The translations under genes and the position numbers were made by a program. Shown in pieces: positions 1-11,615 of a stretch of 45,246 nucleotides of DNA. The DNA is from Pelomyxa schiedti (lineage: Eukaryota; Protista; Evosea). Location of the stretch: contig JAHLWZ010000927.1 in NCBI GenBank assembly GCA_020536535.1, positions 1-45,246 on the forward strand. Reading direction: 5' to 3'. Position 1 is the first letter of the stretch, and each line of letters begins with the position of its first letter. Under the pieces are notes generated by a model. That model was not told the DNA's origin and searched no databases. It worked only from the letters and a program-made list of their open reading frames with translations.

Positions 1-159
1 CCAGGTTCCTGCAACTCTCTTGCCATTGGGCAGTCTGGTTTCATCTTCTGCAAGCAGAGAACAAAGAAGACTGTGGATTTGAGTGACACCACTGGCTTCC
101 ATGTTGGAACCATCAATTTCCAAAAAGAGTTTGATTATTTCACTGTCACCTCCTTGTGA
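1..159 (+). CDS. 3' end of a lineage-specific family gene (same C-terminal style as 637-1846 and 43483-44505), partial at window edge
   Basis: Frame 1 is open from base 1 to TGA at 157-159 (…FIFCKQRTKKTVDLSDTTGFHVGTINF…), resembling the 'IHVTEESSGTHVVTL' and 'VDLVDAVTGSWLL' endings of the other two copies. Confidence 0.5.
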   Translation, partial: PGSCNSLAIGQSGFIFCKQRTKKTVDLSDTTGFHVGTINFQKEFDYFTVTSL

Positions 160-636
160 CAACATTCTCTAAAACCCAAAACAATCATCGTGCAGCCTTG
201 ATCCTGTTTTTGCAAATCTTTGAGTTGTACTACACAATTTTACCGCAAAAAAAGACTGAGAAATTTAATTTTTTTTTCCGATATCTCACCAACAGTGCCT
301 GCTTGCCCGTGGGTGTGTGGTTGTGTCGTTGGGTGTTGTCAAGCATTGCCCAAGGGGCCCTGCCGTTCACGAGGAAAATCTATTTTCCCCGAACAGTAAA
401 ATAGTGCCATCAATGCGAAGGTATCTCTTTGAGTTGGATACCTGGTGGTGGCGCTGGAGGGATGCCCACGGTTCTGCTGTGGTGGGCCCGAAAATCCACA
501 ACAACGATTGGGCAAAGTGGTTGTTGCTGTTGGACGGCCTGCTTGTTGTTGGTGTCCCTCGTCGTCGTCTACAACACCACCGCCACGTGCCTCCTCCTCC
601 AACAACACCAACACCAACACCTTGGGTGTCACGACG

Positions 637-1846
637 ATGAGGGACCAGGTGCCCTGGTCGTGGGTGCGCACGCCCGCTGCGGCTCCAGCTCCCCTTTGTC
701 ATCGTCGCGCTTGTCCCTCGTCGACGCGGCGAGGGTGCTGTGGTCGTGGCTGACGGCCGCCACGAGGCACTTCTACGTCGAGTGGTGTACGTCGGACTGC
801 GCGCACTCGCGGTGTCGCCGCCGCTGGCGTCGCTGGCGCGCCCCGCCAAGTGGTGGGCCAAGTACGGGTGGGCCAGGGAGCCGCTGATTGGGGCCAGCCG
901 CTGGTGGTGCACCGCGGGCCCGACTTGTACCTGAGGGACCAGGCCACGGCGCGGGCCGTGGCGCCTGTGGCCGGACCAAAGAGGAGGCCGGGGTGGAGGT
1001 GCCACACCAACGGCAAGTGGTTTGTGTGCCACGACCCTACTTCGGGGGAGCTGGAGTGGTCGAGCTGCCACAGAGCACGCCACGCCGTTGGGATGTGGGC
1101 GCCGGTGGCGGTGGCGGTGACCCAGCGCAGGCATCACTGTTGTTGTTTTTGGCTGTTGCGGAGCGAACCACTGTGGTGCCCACACTGGAATTTGGTGGCA
1201 GGAGTGCTTATGCACTCGATTTCTTTTGTGGGTGTGGGGATGACCACTTGCTGCTGTGCTTTCGCTGTAGACCTGAATTGAACGACCCCCCTTGGTTAGT
1301 TCTGGTGGACCTACTGCAAACCAGTTTGTCAAAGAAACTTGTGGTTCTCAGCAAAACCACTCCCCAGATTGGCTTTACATGGCGCAATTGGTGCTGTGTG
1401 ATGGCCAAACAGGACGGGTCCCATTCATTTGTGATTAAGAGGCCCAATGGGCAATTGAGGAAACTACAGGCAAAGCACAGATCATTCGTTCCCAGTGTGG
1501 TGCCGAAGAACTCTCAGTGCCACAACATAAGGGAGGGGGGGTGTCATGCCTGAGTCAGTCACTGTTTTGCCTCTTCGATTCTTGTTACAGCAGTGAGGGG
1601 GACCCTTCTTCTTACTACGAAGTGTGGGACATCAATGACACAAGCAAGCCTGTGAGGACAATGAGGTGCCTCCCTGGTTGCACTGCAGACAACACGTTTG
1701 TTGAGGGTGGCCTTTTGTTCCAGGTGACCAACGCCAACAAAGAAATACACGTTACCGAGGAGTCGTCTGGCACACACGTCGTCACACTGAACCTGTTCAA
1801 GCCCCTCAGTGCCATCACCAACCATTACTCCTTCCTGGAAGGATAA
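637..1846 (+). pseudogene. Lineage-specific 'RDQ..AHARCG..SP' family gene (beta-rich C-terminus), frameshifted
   Basis: MRDQ (637) runs into ALVVGAHARCGSSSPL only by a frame change; further frame changes at about 770-930; C-terminal exon YEVWDINDTSKPVR…GGLLFQV…IHVTEESSG ends at 1846. Confidence 0.55.
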
Positions 1847-2142
1847 CCACCACCACCGAAACAAGATTACAGATAACAGTGTGTTTGGTGATGGAGACAA
1901 TGACTGGGTGTGTGATCACCAATGGGATTTGTAGGTGGAACCAGCCAGATTACTGGTGTCAGAATTGATGGTGAATCACAGTCTCAACTCAGCAGCAAGT
2001 TGAGGTTGTGCATTGCTCCATCGTGTCGTGAACGGTCCAACTTTTTTTTTCGCACTTGTGTTTTGTGCCTCAATGCACTCACCTCTGTTTAAATTAAAAC
2101 AACCACCTGGCACACTGCTGGTGTGGTGGTTAATGAACGAAG

Positions 2143-5100
2143 TCAGTCAACAGATATTGTCACAGAGTCACCAATGTCAGCCATGGCAACGGCAGGGAAC
2201 AGTGGTGCATCAACAATTTGGCTGAATGCAACACCCACGTCAGTACCCTGCGGTTTTTTTCCCCAGCATTAGTGGGGTGGAGAGGGCAACAGAGAGGTGA
2301 ACATAACACACATTGATTACGAACGCAGCAGTGTGTGCGTTACTGTCAAAAATGAGGATAACGTCCTGTCCAGCTGACTTGCATGTTACACCGTTTGGTG
2401 GCTGGGTTAAGGTAACCACACCAGTTACTTTTAACCCCGGCTGATGGAAGTTGTTACTATGGTCCATGGAAAAGTCGCCACATTCACAGCTGTAGCAGGC
2501 ACCATACCCAGAGGAATTGGAAGGACGGGCTGCAGTGGAACTAGAACAACGAGCCATAACGTAGCTCGACCATAAAATACCTGTATGTTCTGAGTAAATG
2601 TTTGGGGGAAGGCACAACAACCTGTTTGGTTGAAACCAAACCCAAGCCTTCCACTCAGTGTCTTGTTGATGTGGAATCTTATTCTCACAATTCCACAGCT
2701 TTGCAGGTTTAAATTTGCAAGAGCCATCCACCATAAAGGAGAACTCCCTGTGTTAGTCACAGTGTGGTTGGAATCTGACAGGTTCCAGCAAGGAGGACAT
2801 GCCACTGCAACAAAGGCCAAACCTCCAACTTGAAGAGCTGCTTGATGAGTTAGAAACGAAAGTGATGGTTTCACAGGAGAAGACCTCTGCAGTTCTGTTC
2901 TGATGTGGCTACTTGTGCAATTAACTCTTCAAGTTTTCTTAGGAGATACATACACCAAAGGAGAGGTACAATGCTTACCAGTGATTTTTAATGTGGAGCT
3001 CGCAAGTTGCTGATTTAAAGTTAATTCCTTCATAGCCTGAGCTTGCTTCTCTTGATGTAACTCTGATTTGTCAGTAAAAAAAAAGTGTGAGATGACTTTA
3101 CTTGTTTTTTCCTGCTCTAAAACAGCGAGTTGCTGCTGTAGCCCTCTGCATTTCTCTTCTGAGGTTGTTACTTGTTCAGTCAATTCTGTAAGGTTTCTGA
3201 GATGCAAAGATGAGGAAACAACACTTACGGGTCAAAAAGTTAGTTGCTCTCTCAAGCTCCTCCTGAAGTGATGTCTTTTCTTGTTGTACCTCTGGGCAAA
3301 TGTTACCATAAAGGAATAGGCAGTGCCATACATACTTGCATTTTCTTGGTCAAGTTCTGTTACCTTCTGTTTGAGTTCTTGACATCTGTTATTCATAATA
3401 AGTTCGAAGATTATATGCCTTGAATGGTGTTGTTTGCCTCCTGTAACTCCTTCCTGAGATTGGGCTTGGAGTTCAGGGCTGAAACGTGTCCAAAAAACTA
3501 TTATTAAAAAAACAAAAAGCAAAGGAGATGAACATTTGAAGTCAACAGGGACTGCAACATGTGGCACAACAACTTGAGTATGCTGCAATGATTCCTTGAA
3601 TTTTGGTTGGAAGTGAAGAAACCTGCATTTCTTTTGTCAAATTGGGATGAAGTCACGTATTTGTACATGTTTGTAAATAAGAAGTCATCTAAGTAAGACT
3701 CAATAATGGTTGGAAGAGAGTGGGATGTACTCACCTTTAGAACTGGTGTGCATGGAAAGTAACTTCCTTGAAAGTGAAGCAGAATTTACTGATTCATGAA
3801 TCAACTTTGTGACACTCCCAAGTTTTTCAACAAGTTCTGCTGTTCTGCAGTGTGAAAGTGATTTTATCTCCGCAATGGCCTGCAAACTGAGTCAAATTGG
3901 ACTCCATCAGAACCCACATAACCTTTTCTTCCTCTTGGTGCATCTCTAAAATGACTTTGGAATAATGCCCCTGTGCATCATAAATTTCATGTGCAGCTTC
4001 TGTGAGGACAGTTTGAATCTCCTCGAGGATTTTCTTCCTCTGTTGAGTGAGTGTAGAAACGCCAACATCAAGATAATTGCAAAGTTGTGTGAGTTGCTCC
4101 TGGAGAAGGGTGATTCCAAGTAAACTTGCAAGAGTTACTGTAACCTTTGTTCGAATCACAGCATCGGGGAGTTTCTCTTTGGCGTGACCTTCATGTTCAC
4201 CAAGTTGACTGCAATAAACACACACTAACTGTCCAGGACGACCTTGTGGAGCGCAGGTTTTGCAAAGAAGGATGCGAGGTTGACCAGAATGCTGTGATTG
4301 TGTGCAGAATGGTGATGTCTCATGCAGAGGAAGCAACAGTGCAAGTGAGGAATGTGTTGGAAATTCCCCAAATAACTTGAATCTTGGTGCTGTGTCAGTC
4401 TGACCAGGTTGGCTCTGAGGTGATGTTAGTGCCTTGTGTGTGAAGCTGGTATTCCAACCTGTTGTTGGGTGTCACACTCAATCAACCGGGCTTTTTGGAT
4501 GAAGTGACCATACAACTCCACCGTTGTGGTGAGTTCTGCATTTGAATGGAAACCCACCATAAATGTGGTAGGCTTGATTTCCACATCCACAATAACTGGA
4601 GCCATGGAGATGAGTTTCTGTAAAAATGAGACAGGTGTGAAGACTGATGGTGTGTCACACCTCCAAGCAGACTCTTAAGGGTTTCCTCTTTTTGAGGAGT
4701 TCCATTGGAGTTGAGTGATCAATTTCGGTTTTGCACTGTTCAGCCCCAGTTTGAAGTTCGTTTTTGAGAGTTGTTATCACAGTTTTTTTTTCTTCTAGAA
4801 TGCCTATTGTTAAAAAGATGTTAGCCCTGAGAAAAACACCACTGTATACATTTATCCATGCAGTGTGAGGATGTTTGAGCAAGTAACTCCTTCTTTCTTT
4901 TTGCAATCTTTTCTTCAATATCCTTAAATGCTGCATTTATGCTCTGTGTGAATGTGGCCACCTCTTCTTCAAGGAGTTTTTCTGTGGTGTCAAAATTTTC
5001 AAGTGCAGAGTTCAATTCAATGATTTCTATAGAAGAGTTATCCTGGCAAGTGGAAAAAGGTGTGAATTACTTTGAGTGACAACTGACTGCAAATATTGGA

Positions 5101-5769
5101 GTTCGATCTGGTAATTGGGATTTTAGTGGCAAAAGTAGTTTGTATTCCCCTGAACCCCAAACATGTTTTCACTCACTTTGGTTATTTCTGCTGCTTTTTT
5201 GATCCCTGAAGCTGGATGACCCATGTGTTCTTCTTCCTTGTTGTAATTGAGAAATTAAATGTGGAATGCATTGCAACACCTTGCAGATAGAGCAAATCAA
5301 AGCTTCACAGCATGTGCAAAACAAATTTGCTTTCTCTTCTGGGTGTACAGCACACTGTGACCAAGTGGGTAGCCCAGAGCACAAGGTAGTAACACCCTGT
5401 GGCAATTCATTTCCGCTAGTGCACAAAGTAAAAAAAAAAAACCATCAAAAAAAAATTTTACCATTGCTGTGACTGTCCGGTACCTGTGTCCACACCAAAG
5501 GCACTCAGAATAGCAAAGAGTCGCGCGTTGCATGGAGCGTCATGAGGAACCGACACTGTCCCGCACACTGGGCACCACAGCCTCTTTATCTCCACCGCCT
5601 CCACCACCGCGTCCACTGCTGCGCCGGTGTTGCTACTTACAACCGGCGGCTGCTGCTGCGAGGGGCAACACGACCTACAAGCAGAATGACCACACGGGAA
5701 ACATATGGGGTCATCGAGAAGCCGGTGGCACGACAAGCACGTCAACGCTACCCTCAACTGCCCCTCCAT
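2143..5769 (-). CDS. TRIM-like E3 ligase: RING - B-box - coiled coil - second B-box - coiled coil - SPRY/B30.2
   Basis: ATG 5769. RING CLSC…CGHSACRSC…CPVC; B-box CAVH…FCTCCEALICSIC…HMGH; second B-box CTQSQH…CKTC…CVYC…HEGH, joined in phase by an intron at about 4406-4449. SPRY: WNLSDSNHTVTN…RLGFG…GQDVILIFDSNAHTAAFVIN|GTDVGVAFSQIVDAPLFPAVAM…DSVTI, stop 2143-2145. Some central coiled-coil exon boundaries were not resolved. Confidence 0.75.
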
Positions 5770-6242
5770 TTTTTTTCCTGGTTTGATGATCACCAAAACC
5801 CTTTTGGAAGAAGTGGACTGTAGTGTCCACTCACAGCAAAGGGGATACCAGAGGCCAGAGGTATTTACTGTGAATGGGAGAGGGAGATGATGTGTTCCAC
5901 CCTATTTGTAGAGTCCGATCGTTGCTTTCCAGGCCATTTCAAAGCTCTTAACAAGCAGAGAGTGATTTAGAACAAAAGATACGAGGGTGCCATGCAGATA
6001 CAGCCAAGAAAGCAGGGGACGCCACCCATAATGGCAACGACGGGCAGCACAGCCTGGCGCAGCGGGGCACGTGACCAACGCAGAGCATCGCAATTGCCTG
6101 CACACAACTCATGGTCGCAGTCGTTGTTGCTCTCATCGTCATCGTAATTTGGCGGAATAAAAAAAACAGCAGACCGCCGATACTGAGCGACATCTTCGTT
6201 CCGTCATAAAGTCTTCAGTCGTCACTGTGAATTAATTTTACA

Positions 6243-7288
6243 TTACACAACGCCCCTTGTGTCATGATGTGGATCGCTGCAATCACCAGGTACAGATTGA
6301 GGCAGTACAAGCTTTACCCAAAGAATTGGAAGGAAACCCCGCTGACCATTGCTGCAAAGCTCTCCTTCCAGCCAGTCATTTGGCTCCACGTCAATCAGCC
6401 AAATGTGGTCCCCCTTGGTAAAATTTAGAAGTGTAGCTTCTGGATCTAGGGGAAAAAATCTGAGCCCAGTGTGCGTGGGTGGTGAAAAAAAAAAAAGGAA
6501 CCTGTGTCTGAATAATCGTAGAGAGCCACAGAATCCAATTTGAAATCAGTAGTGGGTACAACAGTCCCATCTGGCATCGTCTGAGGTGGAGGTGGCACAC
6601 TGGGCATTGGAGGTTCTTGGACGCGCATACTCATGAATTCCGCATACTCCATAATGAAGGCTACAGCTTCTACACAGGAAGGAGGAACGTGCTCCGTGAA
6701 CTCATATGAAGGCCGTAGAAGGTATTTCGCAAATAGTTCTGCCACAAAGTTTAGCTGAAGACCACTGATGTACAAATACGACGCCAGACTAAAAACTATG
6801 TTGCGGGACACAGGAGGGAGCATGTGCAGCAAAACGCGCATCTGGAGTCCTCTGTTTTTGGGGTTTGGTATCTGAGCCACACGCAGCACAGTGTCGTAAT
6901 ACCAAGGTGGGATCACCGGATGTGGCAGCATTTTGAAGTACAGAAGCAAAACGCCAGCAACTACTTGCATGTCGTGTTCCAGCACCGCGGGGTGGTCCCC
7001 AGTGGGATTGCACCCGAAGTCGTCGAACTTAATCTTAAGCTGTTGTATTCGGCTGTCATCCGTGTTCAGGTCGAACAGATCGAACTGAGCGGGTGCGTGG
7101 GCAGACAAGACCTCAAGAGTCTTTTCAACAGGAACTGGAAGTGACGCGCCGAATGGCACGGCGCGACCCAAATTGCGACCGAAAACTGTCGCCGCGGGGC
7201 GAGGTTGTTCTATGTGTGGGGAGTCTGTCACATTTTCCACGTTAACGTTAGCAGCACCCTTCCAGCAGTCTAAGAATTTCCTCAACAT
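6243..7288 (-). CDS. RhoGAP-fold protein with C-terminal SH3 domain (arginine finger apparently absent)
   Basis: VFGRNL…LPVPVEKTLEVL…VAGVLLLYFKMLPHPVIP…LPPVSR…LFAKYLLRP (RhoGAP); after one intron ALYDYSDT|DPEATLLNFTKGDHIWLIDVEPNDWLEG…GFLP (SH3); TAA 6243-6245. Confidence 0.8.
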
Positions 7289-7457
7289 TGTTTGTTGGAA
7301 CAAGAAAGGCTTGATGGTGAGATCTTCGTCGAAAAAAAAAAACATTTTTTTCGAATGGCCGATGTGGTGGTTTCATGGGTCATGAGCGCGTGTGCCACAG
7401 GCCATGCTTGTCTGATCGTTCTGTGCCGGGTAGTAGTGTTGAGAAACCTTCGGAAAT

Positions 7458-7537
<80 letters not shown>
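7458..7537. repeat. (GACAAC)n microsatellite, about 13 units
   Basis: Perfect hexamer array read directly. Confidence 0.95.
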
Positions 7538-7612
7538 GCGTCACGCTTTTTTATTGTTTTTCCGGCTTGCCAACAGCACGGAAACAACCACAAAAAGTTT
7601 TGCTGCCTTGAA

Positions 7613-8990
7613 ATGAGTTTTTTCACAAACCTGAGCGGGTTCACCACAGCGTGCGCGACGGGGCACCTCGATCCGCGAGGGCTACGTTCCCGTCGTCGAC
7701 CGTATGCTCCGCCTCCCCGCCGTAGGCTCCGTCCCTTCGACCTAGAGAGTAATGGCAATTCAATCACCAGATTCATTCTCGAATGAGACACTCGAACATC
7801 GTGAGATGCCTTGGGACATGAGTGACCAGCACTGGTGGACTCTGGATCGTCTCCGAACTCATGGAAATGAACCTGAGGCAGCTCCTTCAGCGGGTTTGTT
7901 GTGATCGTTCTCTATTCCTCTCCAGATAATTGGCAAACAGAGAAGTTTGAGCTTTCAGGAAATCGTTGCACTCTCGTTGGGAATTTGCAGAGGAGTGGCC
8001 GCACTTCACAAGTACTGTTTAACCCAAATTTTACTTGGATGATGATGTTCATCAGGAGGAATATCATGCATCGCGACTTGAGCAGCAACAATGTTCTCCT
8101 GGATTCTCATGGGATTCCAAAGATAACCGACTTTGGTTTTCAACACTCCATTTTCCGATTACTTCATGACAGTATCCATGCAACAGGTGTGTCACGTGTT
8201 ATCAGAAGTACACTTGTGTCCACTTTTTCCATTGCCGGCACACCCGTTTACGTGGCTCCGCAGATGCACACTCGTCACTATGGAGTCCAAGGTATTTACC
8301 CCACTTTTTTTTTCTTGTTTATCCCCACCATTTCGCACAGGAGATATGTGGGAAATTGCGGTTTTACTGATTGAGATGCTGATTGGAACAATATCAGAGT
8401 TCGGACTTACGAAAGTTCAAAACAAATAGCCGATTTTATTAGAGAGCTGAGGGCATCACTCTCCCTTGACTTTGCCGGTTAGTTTCTTTCTTCCGTCATC
8501 TGTGAACGCACTGGCTGAAAACGCACATACAGAAGCGAATCGCCTTTGCAAGGAAACCGAAGGTGGCGATATTCCCATTGCAGAGTGCCTCATACGGCGG
8601 AACGCGATGCTCGAGGCACTGAAATGTGAGCCCAAGTTTTCCAACATACACCCGACTTGCGTCCGGCTGTTCTGCCTCGTCGTCGAGTCCTGCCTATCCA
8701 TTCTTGGTTTGTTTCCTCCCCGCCACGTCACATTTCTTCACACCCAATCTCGCCTAGTTAATGTTCCTTACATTCAGCCACCCAAACTGACATCACACAC
8801 AGAGTGCAACCGGCCGCCGTTCCGTGCCATTGAAAAGGAGATCATGACGTGTGCACAGCTCGCGGTTGGATCGTGGTCTGACGACGACGATCACGTGGAA
8901 TCTTGCGTTGCCCGCTGCCTCGCCTCTATGGTCGAATCTTCATCCCCCTCTTCTTCTCACCACGGCAGAACGGCCTTGTCATCGTCGTAA
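7613..8990 (+). pseudogene. Internally deleted copy of the ankyrin-UBL-kinase gene (20897-24381)
   Basis: 7613-7745 matches 20897-21120 with a gap and is fused directly to sequence matching 23139-24381 (HRDLSSNN, DFG, GTPVYVAPQ); frame disrupted near 8400-8430. Confidence 0.85.
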
Positions 8991-9148
8991 TCACAGTCAG
9001 CTGCTTTCTGAGTCTACAGAGGAAATGAGTGAACCCTGTGGTGATCCTGTGGTTGATACCCTCAGGGCACTGGGTCACTCCCAGAGAACCAGCAAACAAC
9101 CCGGTTGTAGTTCCACGTATTTCACAGAATTACCAAACAAAATTATTA

Positions 9149-10000
9149 ATGGCAACCAATTCATTTTCAGACGAGTGGGAGGCGTCGCTGGTTGCCAGTT
9201 TGGCAGAGAACGACGTGGACCCAGAGGACGTAGACTCCGTGGTCAAACGGGCATATGCCCTATTGCAAATATACCTCGAACCAGTGGGTAGGCTCTTGGC
9301 CAAGTGGAATATAGTGGGGATGGAAACATCTTCTGAACTGATGGTGCAGTATAAAATCGAGAAAGTGCAGAGCACCGTCGAGACTATAACTTCAACTCTT
9401 TCACAGGATGCCCTCGAGATGATGCGCAAGTCCTGTGAGAACTATATGGTTGGCTTAGAAGCCCAGATTGATTTCATCTTGGAATGCATTGAGGCCAAAA
9501 AAGTATCAAACTTACAGGATAGTGAAAGTAACATCTATGTTGTTGGGGTGGAACTACTTTCAATTATTAGTTCCTCCGATCACTTTCACTCCAGTCTGCA
9601 CCAGTTACTCCCAGAGAAGCCAGACATTTTCCATGGGTTGCTTTTTGATAACTCGGTTCCACTTCACCCGATGGAGCAGCATGTTGCTGTGAAGCACTTC
9701 ACCTTTTTGACGCTTCATGACACAAACGACACCTGTATGCGCCTATTTTGGCAGTGGGCACTGGACCACCCCAATATTTTGAGGCCCACTTTCTTCTCAC
9801 TTTCCCCCAATAGATCCTCCTGCCAGGTTGCATTTCCCTTCCTTCCCTTTACTTTGGATGATCACAGAAGCACATGTTCCACTGAACCTCCTTTTGGTTC
9901 TGCAAGTCGTGTCCAACAAGCTTATTACATTTGTGATGCCGTTTACTTCTTGCACAAGCATGGCATAACTCATAGAGATGAGGTTAAAACCACAGAATAT
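9149..10000 (+). pseudogene. Internally deleted, 3'-truncated copy of the dynamin-kinase-patatin gene
   Basis: MATNSFSDEWEASL…DPEDVDSVV matches the 29144 exon and is joined in frame to AYALLQIY…LSQDALEMMRKSCENY…HGITHRD (matches about 31270-32010); similarity is lost just after HRD. Confidence 0.8.
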
Positions 10001-11615
10001 CTCGTTGGGTGCAACCGGACAATTTCACACATAAGTCCGAGTTATGGGTCGCGAACGTTTGTAACCATTTTTTGGTGCTGTTTGTGTAATTTGTGGACAC
10101 TTAATTTTGAGGTTCGCGTCGTTTTTGCCTTGTTTGTGGACACTTTATTTTGAGGTTTGTGTTGTGTTTGTGTGTGGATGAGGGTATGAGAGTGCAGTAT
10201 CAATGAACGCAACGATCTGGAACTATCTGTGAAGCAGAGGAGTTGCTACCATTGGGTAGATGTACCTGAAACTTATACAGATCGGCACCTGCGTACATAA
10301 TCAGATCAGATAAAAAAAAGAAGAAACTACAAATATTATGAGCCCAGGAAGCGTTTCATAGAAATGGAGCATTTGTGGACAGCGGAATAGAGGGCCTGTG
10401 CTTCATCAGCACCAAACTGCTCAAAAGCCCAAGTACACTCTTGGTTGTCCATTTGGAATGGCGATGTACAAAGTTTGTGAATACCTAGAGGGTTTTAATA
10501 AAGCAAAAGAGGTGAGTGAAGAACACGCACATCACCCATTCTGTTTGTTTGGCATGTAACCGCATTGTGGAGGTTGCATAGCATTTTTGACAAAGGAAAT
10601 CTCTATCCATTGATACCCTTGTCCCAGTGACCTTCACACCTGTGGCATGCGGTTTTCTTCTGCAAGGCCACCCTAGCAGTATACAAAACCTTGAATGGGA
10701 TTATGGCTTCATCGATTGTAACATTCCTGAATGTAATCGGCGGTTAGTATGAAATAATCACTGTCAAGAACACAAGGTAGTGAACTTCCAATATAAATAA
10801 TCAACAATCCAGCGGATGGATCTCAGCCTGTCATCTGATCCTGCAACACTCTGTTGAGGTCCCTGAAGGGAAGGAAGGGCTCAGGATACGACGGAAATAA
10901 GGGGAAGAGCATGGAAAAGGGAAGTCCAAGCCTGGCAAATGCTAAAGCACCTGTGCTGCATAAGGATGTTGGTGGGAAAAGGGAAAACAACATCAAGTTG
11001 ATTTTTGCTAAGTCCGGGTATCCTGTCAGCAAGAACTGCTTGCACATACTTGTCGATTGTTTGTGTTGCTGTTGGTGTTGGTTGTTGGGACTTTTTGACA
11101 AATTTATGTGCTTTTTCCAAGTGGTAACTATTGCCGGTTAGTAAATAATTGACTAGAGCTCCTTTTCCCTCTTCCTGGGGCCTCCTTTCCCACATAGTTC
11201 ATCCCTCTCCCTTTTTCTCATCACCACACTCAATAGTACCAGGAACCGTGGGCCACAGCACAGCGAAAACGGGAACCGGACTGAGTATTCTTTTATCTCC
11301 GGTGATCAAGGTACTCAACAATCTCACTGTGGTGCCAAAACCAACCACAGTGTTACCTCACTGTCACCCACAGCTCCATGTCTCAATAAAACTGCAAGCT
11401 GCCACACGGACAGAACGTGGCAGGCTCCCACAGCCAGCACTTGGCTCCCACACAATTTGTCAGCTTCAACCTGAGACGTCGGCTCTCATGCTGGCTGTCA
11501 AACAATTTGCTGGCTGCCACACAACCTGCTGGCTGCCACCCCTTGTGTCAAACACCAGACCGCCGATCCTGAGCGACGATAACGAAAATGACAGCGTTCC
11601 GGTCTGTTGATTATT

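Noticed and set aside
367-1332. 321-aa minus-strand ORF and other long overlapping ORFs in GC-rich exons
   Set aside because: Antisense shadows of GC-rich coding sequence with no motifs.
5948-6210. Short Cys-rich/hydrophobic minus-strand ORFs upstream of the TRIM-like gene
   Set aside because: No consistent domain or splice path; cannot support a gene call.
7437-7452. 16-nt match (TGTTGAGAAACCTTCG) to the TIR of the 34650 element
   Set aside because: About one 16-mer pair match is expected by chance in 45 kb, and there is no TA-CCGTA end or partner TIR.
7282-7791. ORFs with poly-(CR) or poly-T tracts
   Set aside because: Products of the GACAAC microsatellite.
10340-11200. Stop-riddled minus-strand coding-like segment (SHNPIQGFVYC…GYQWIEISFVKN)
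   Set aside because: Probably a decayed gene, but no family is recognisable; in-frame TGA/TAG are not evidence of recoding because intact neighbours use standard stops.
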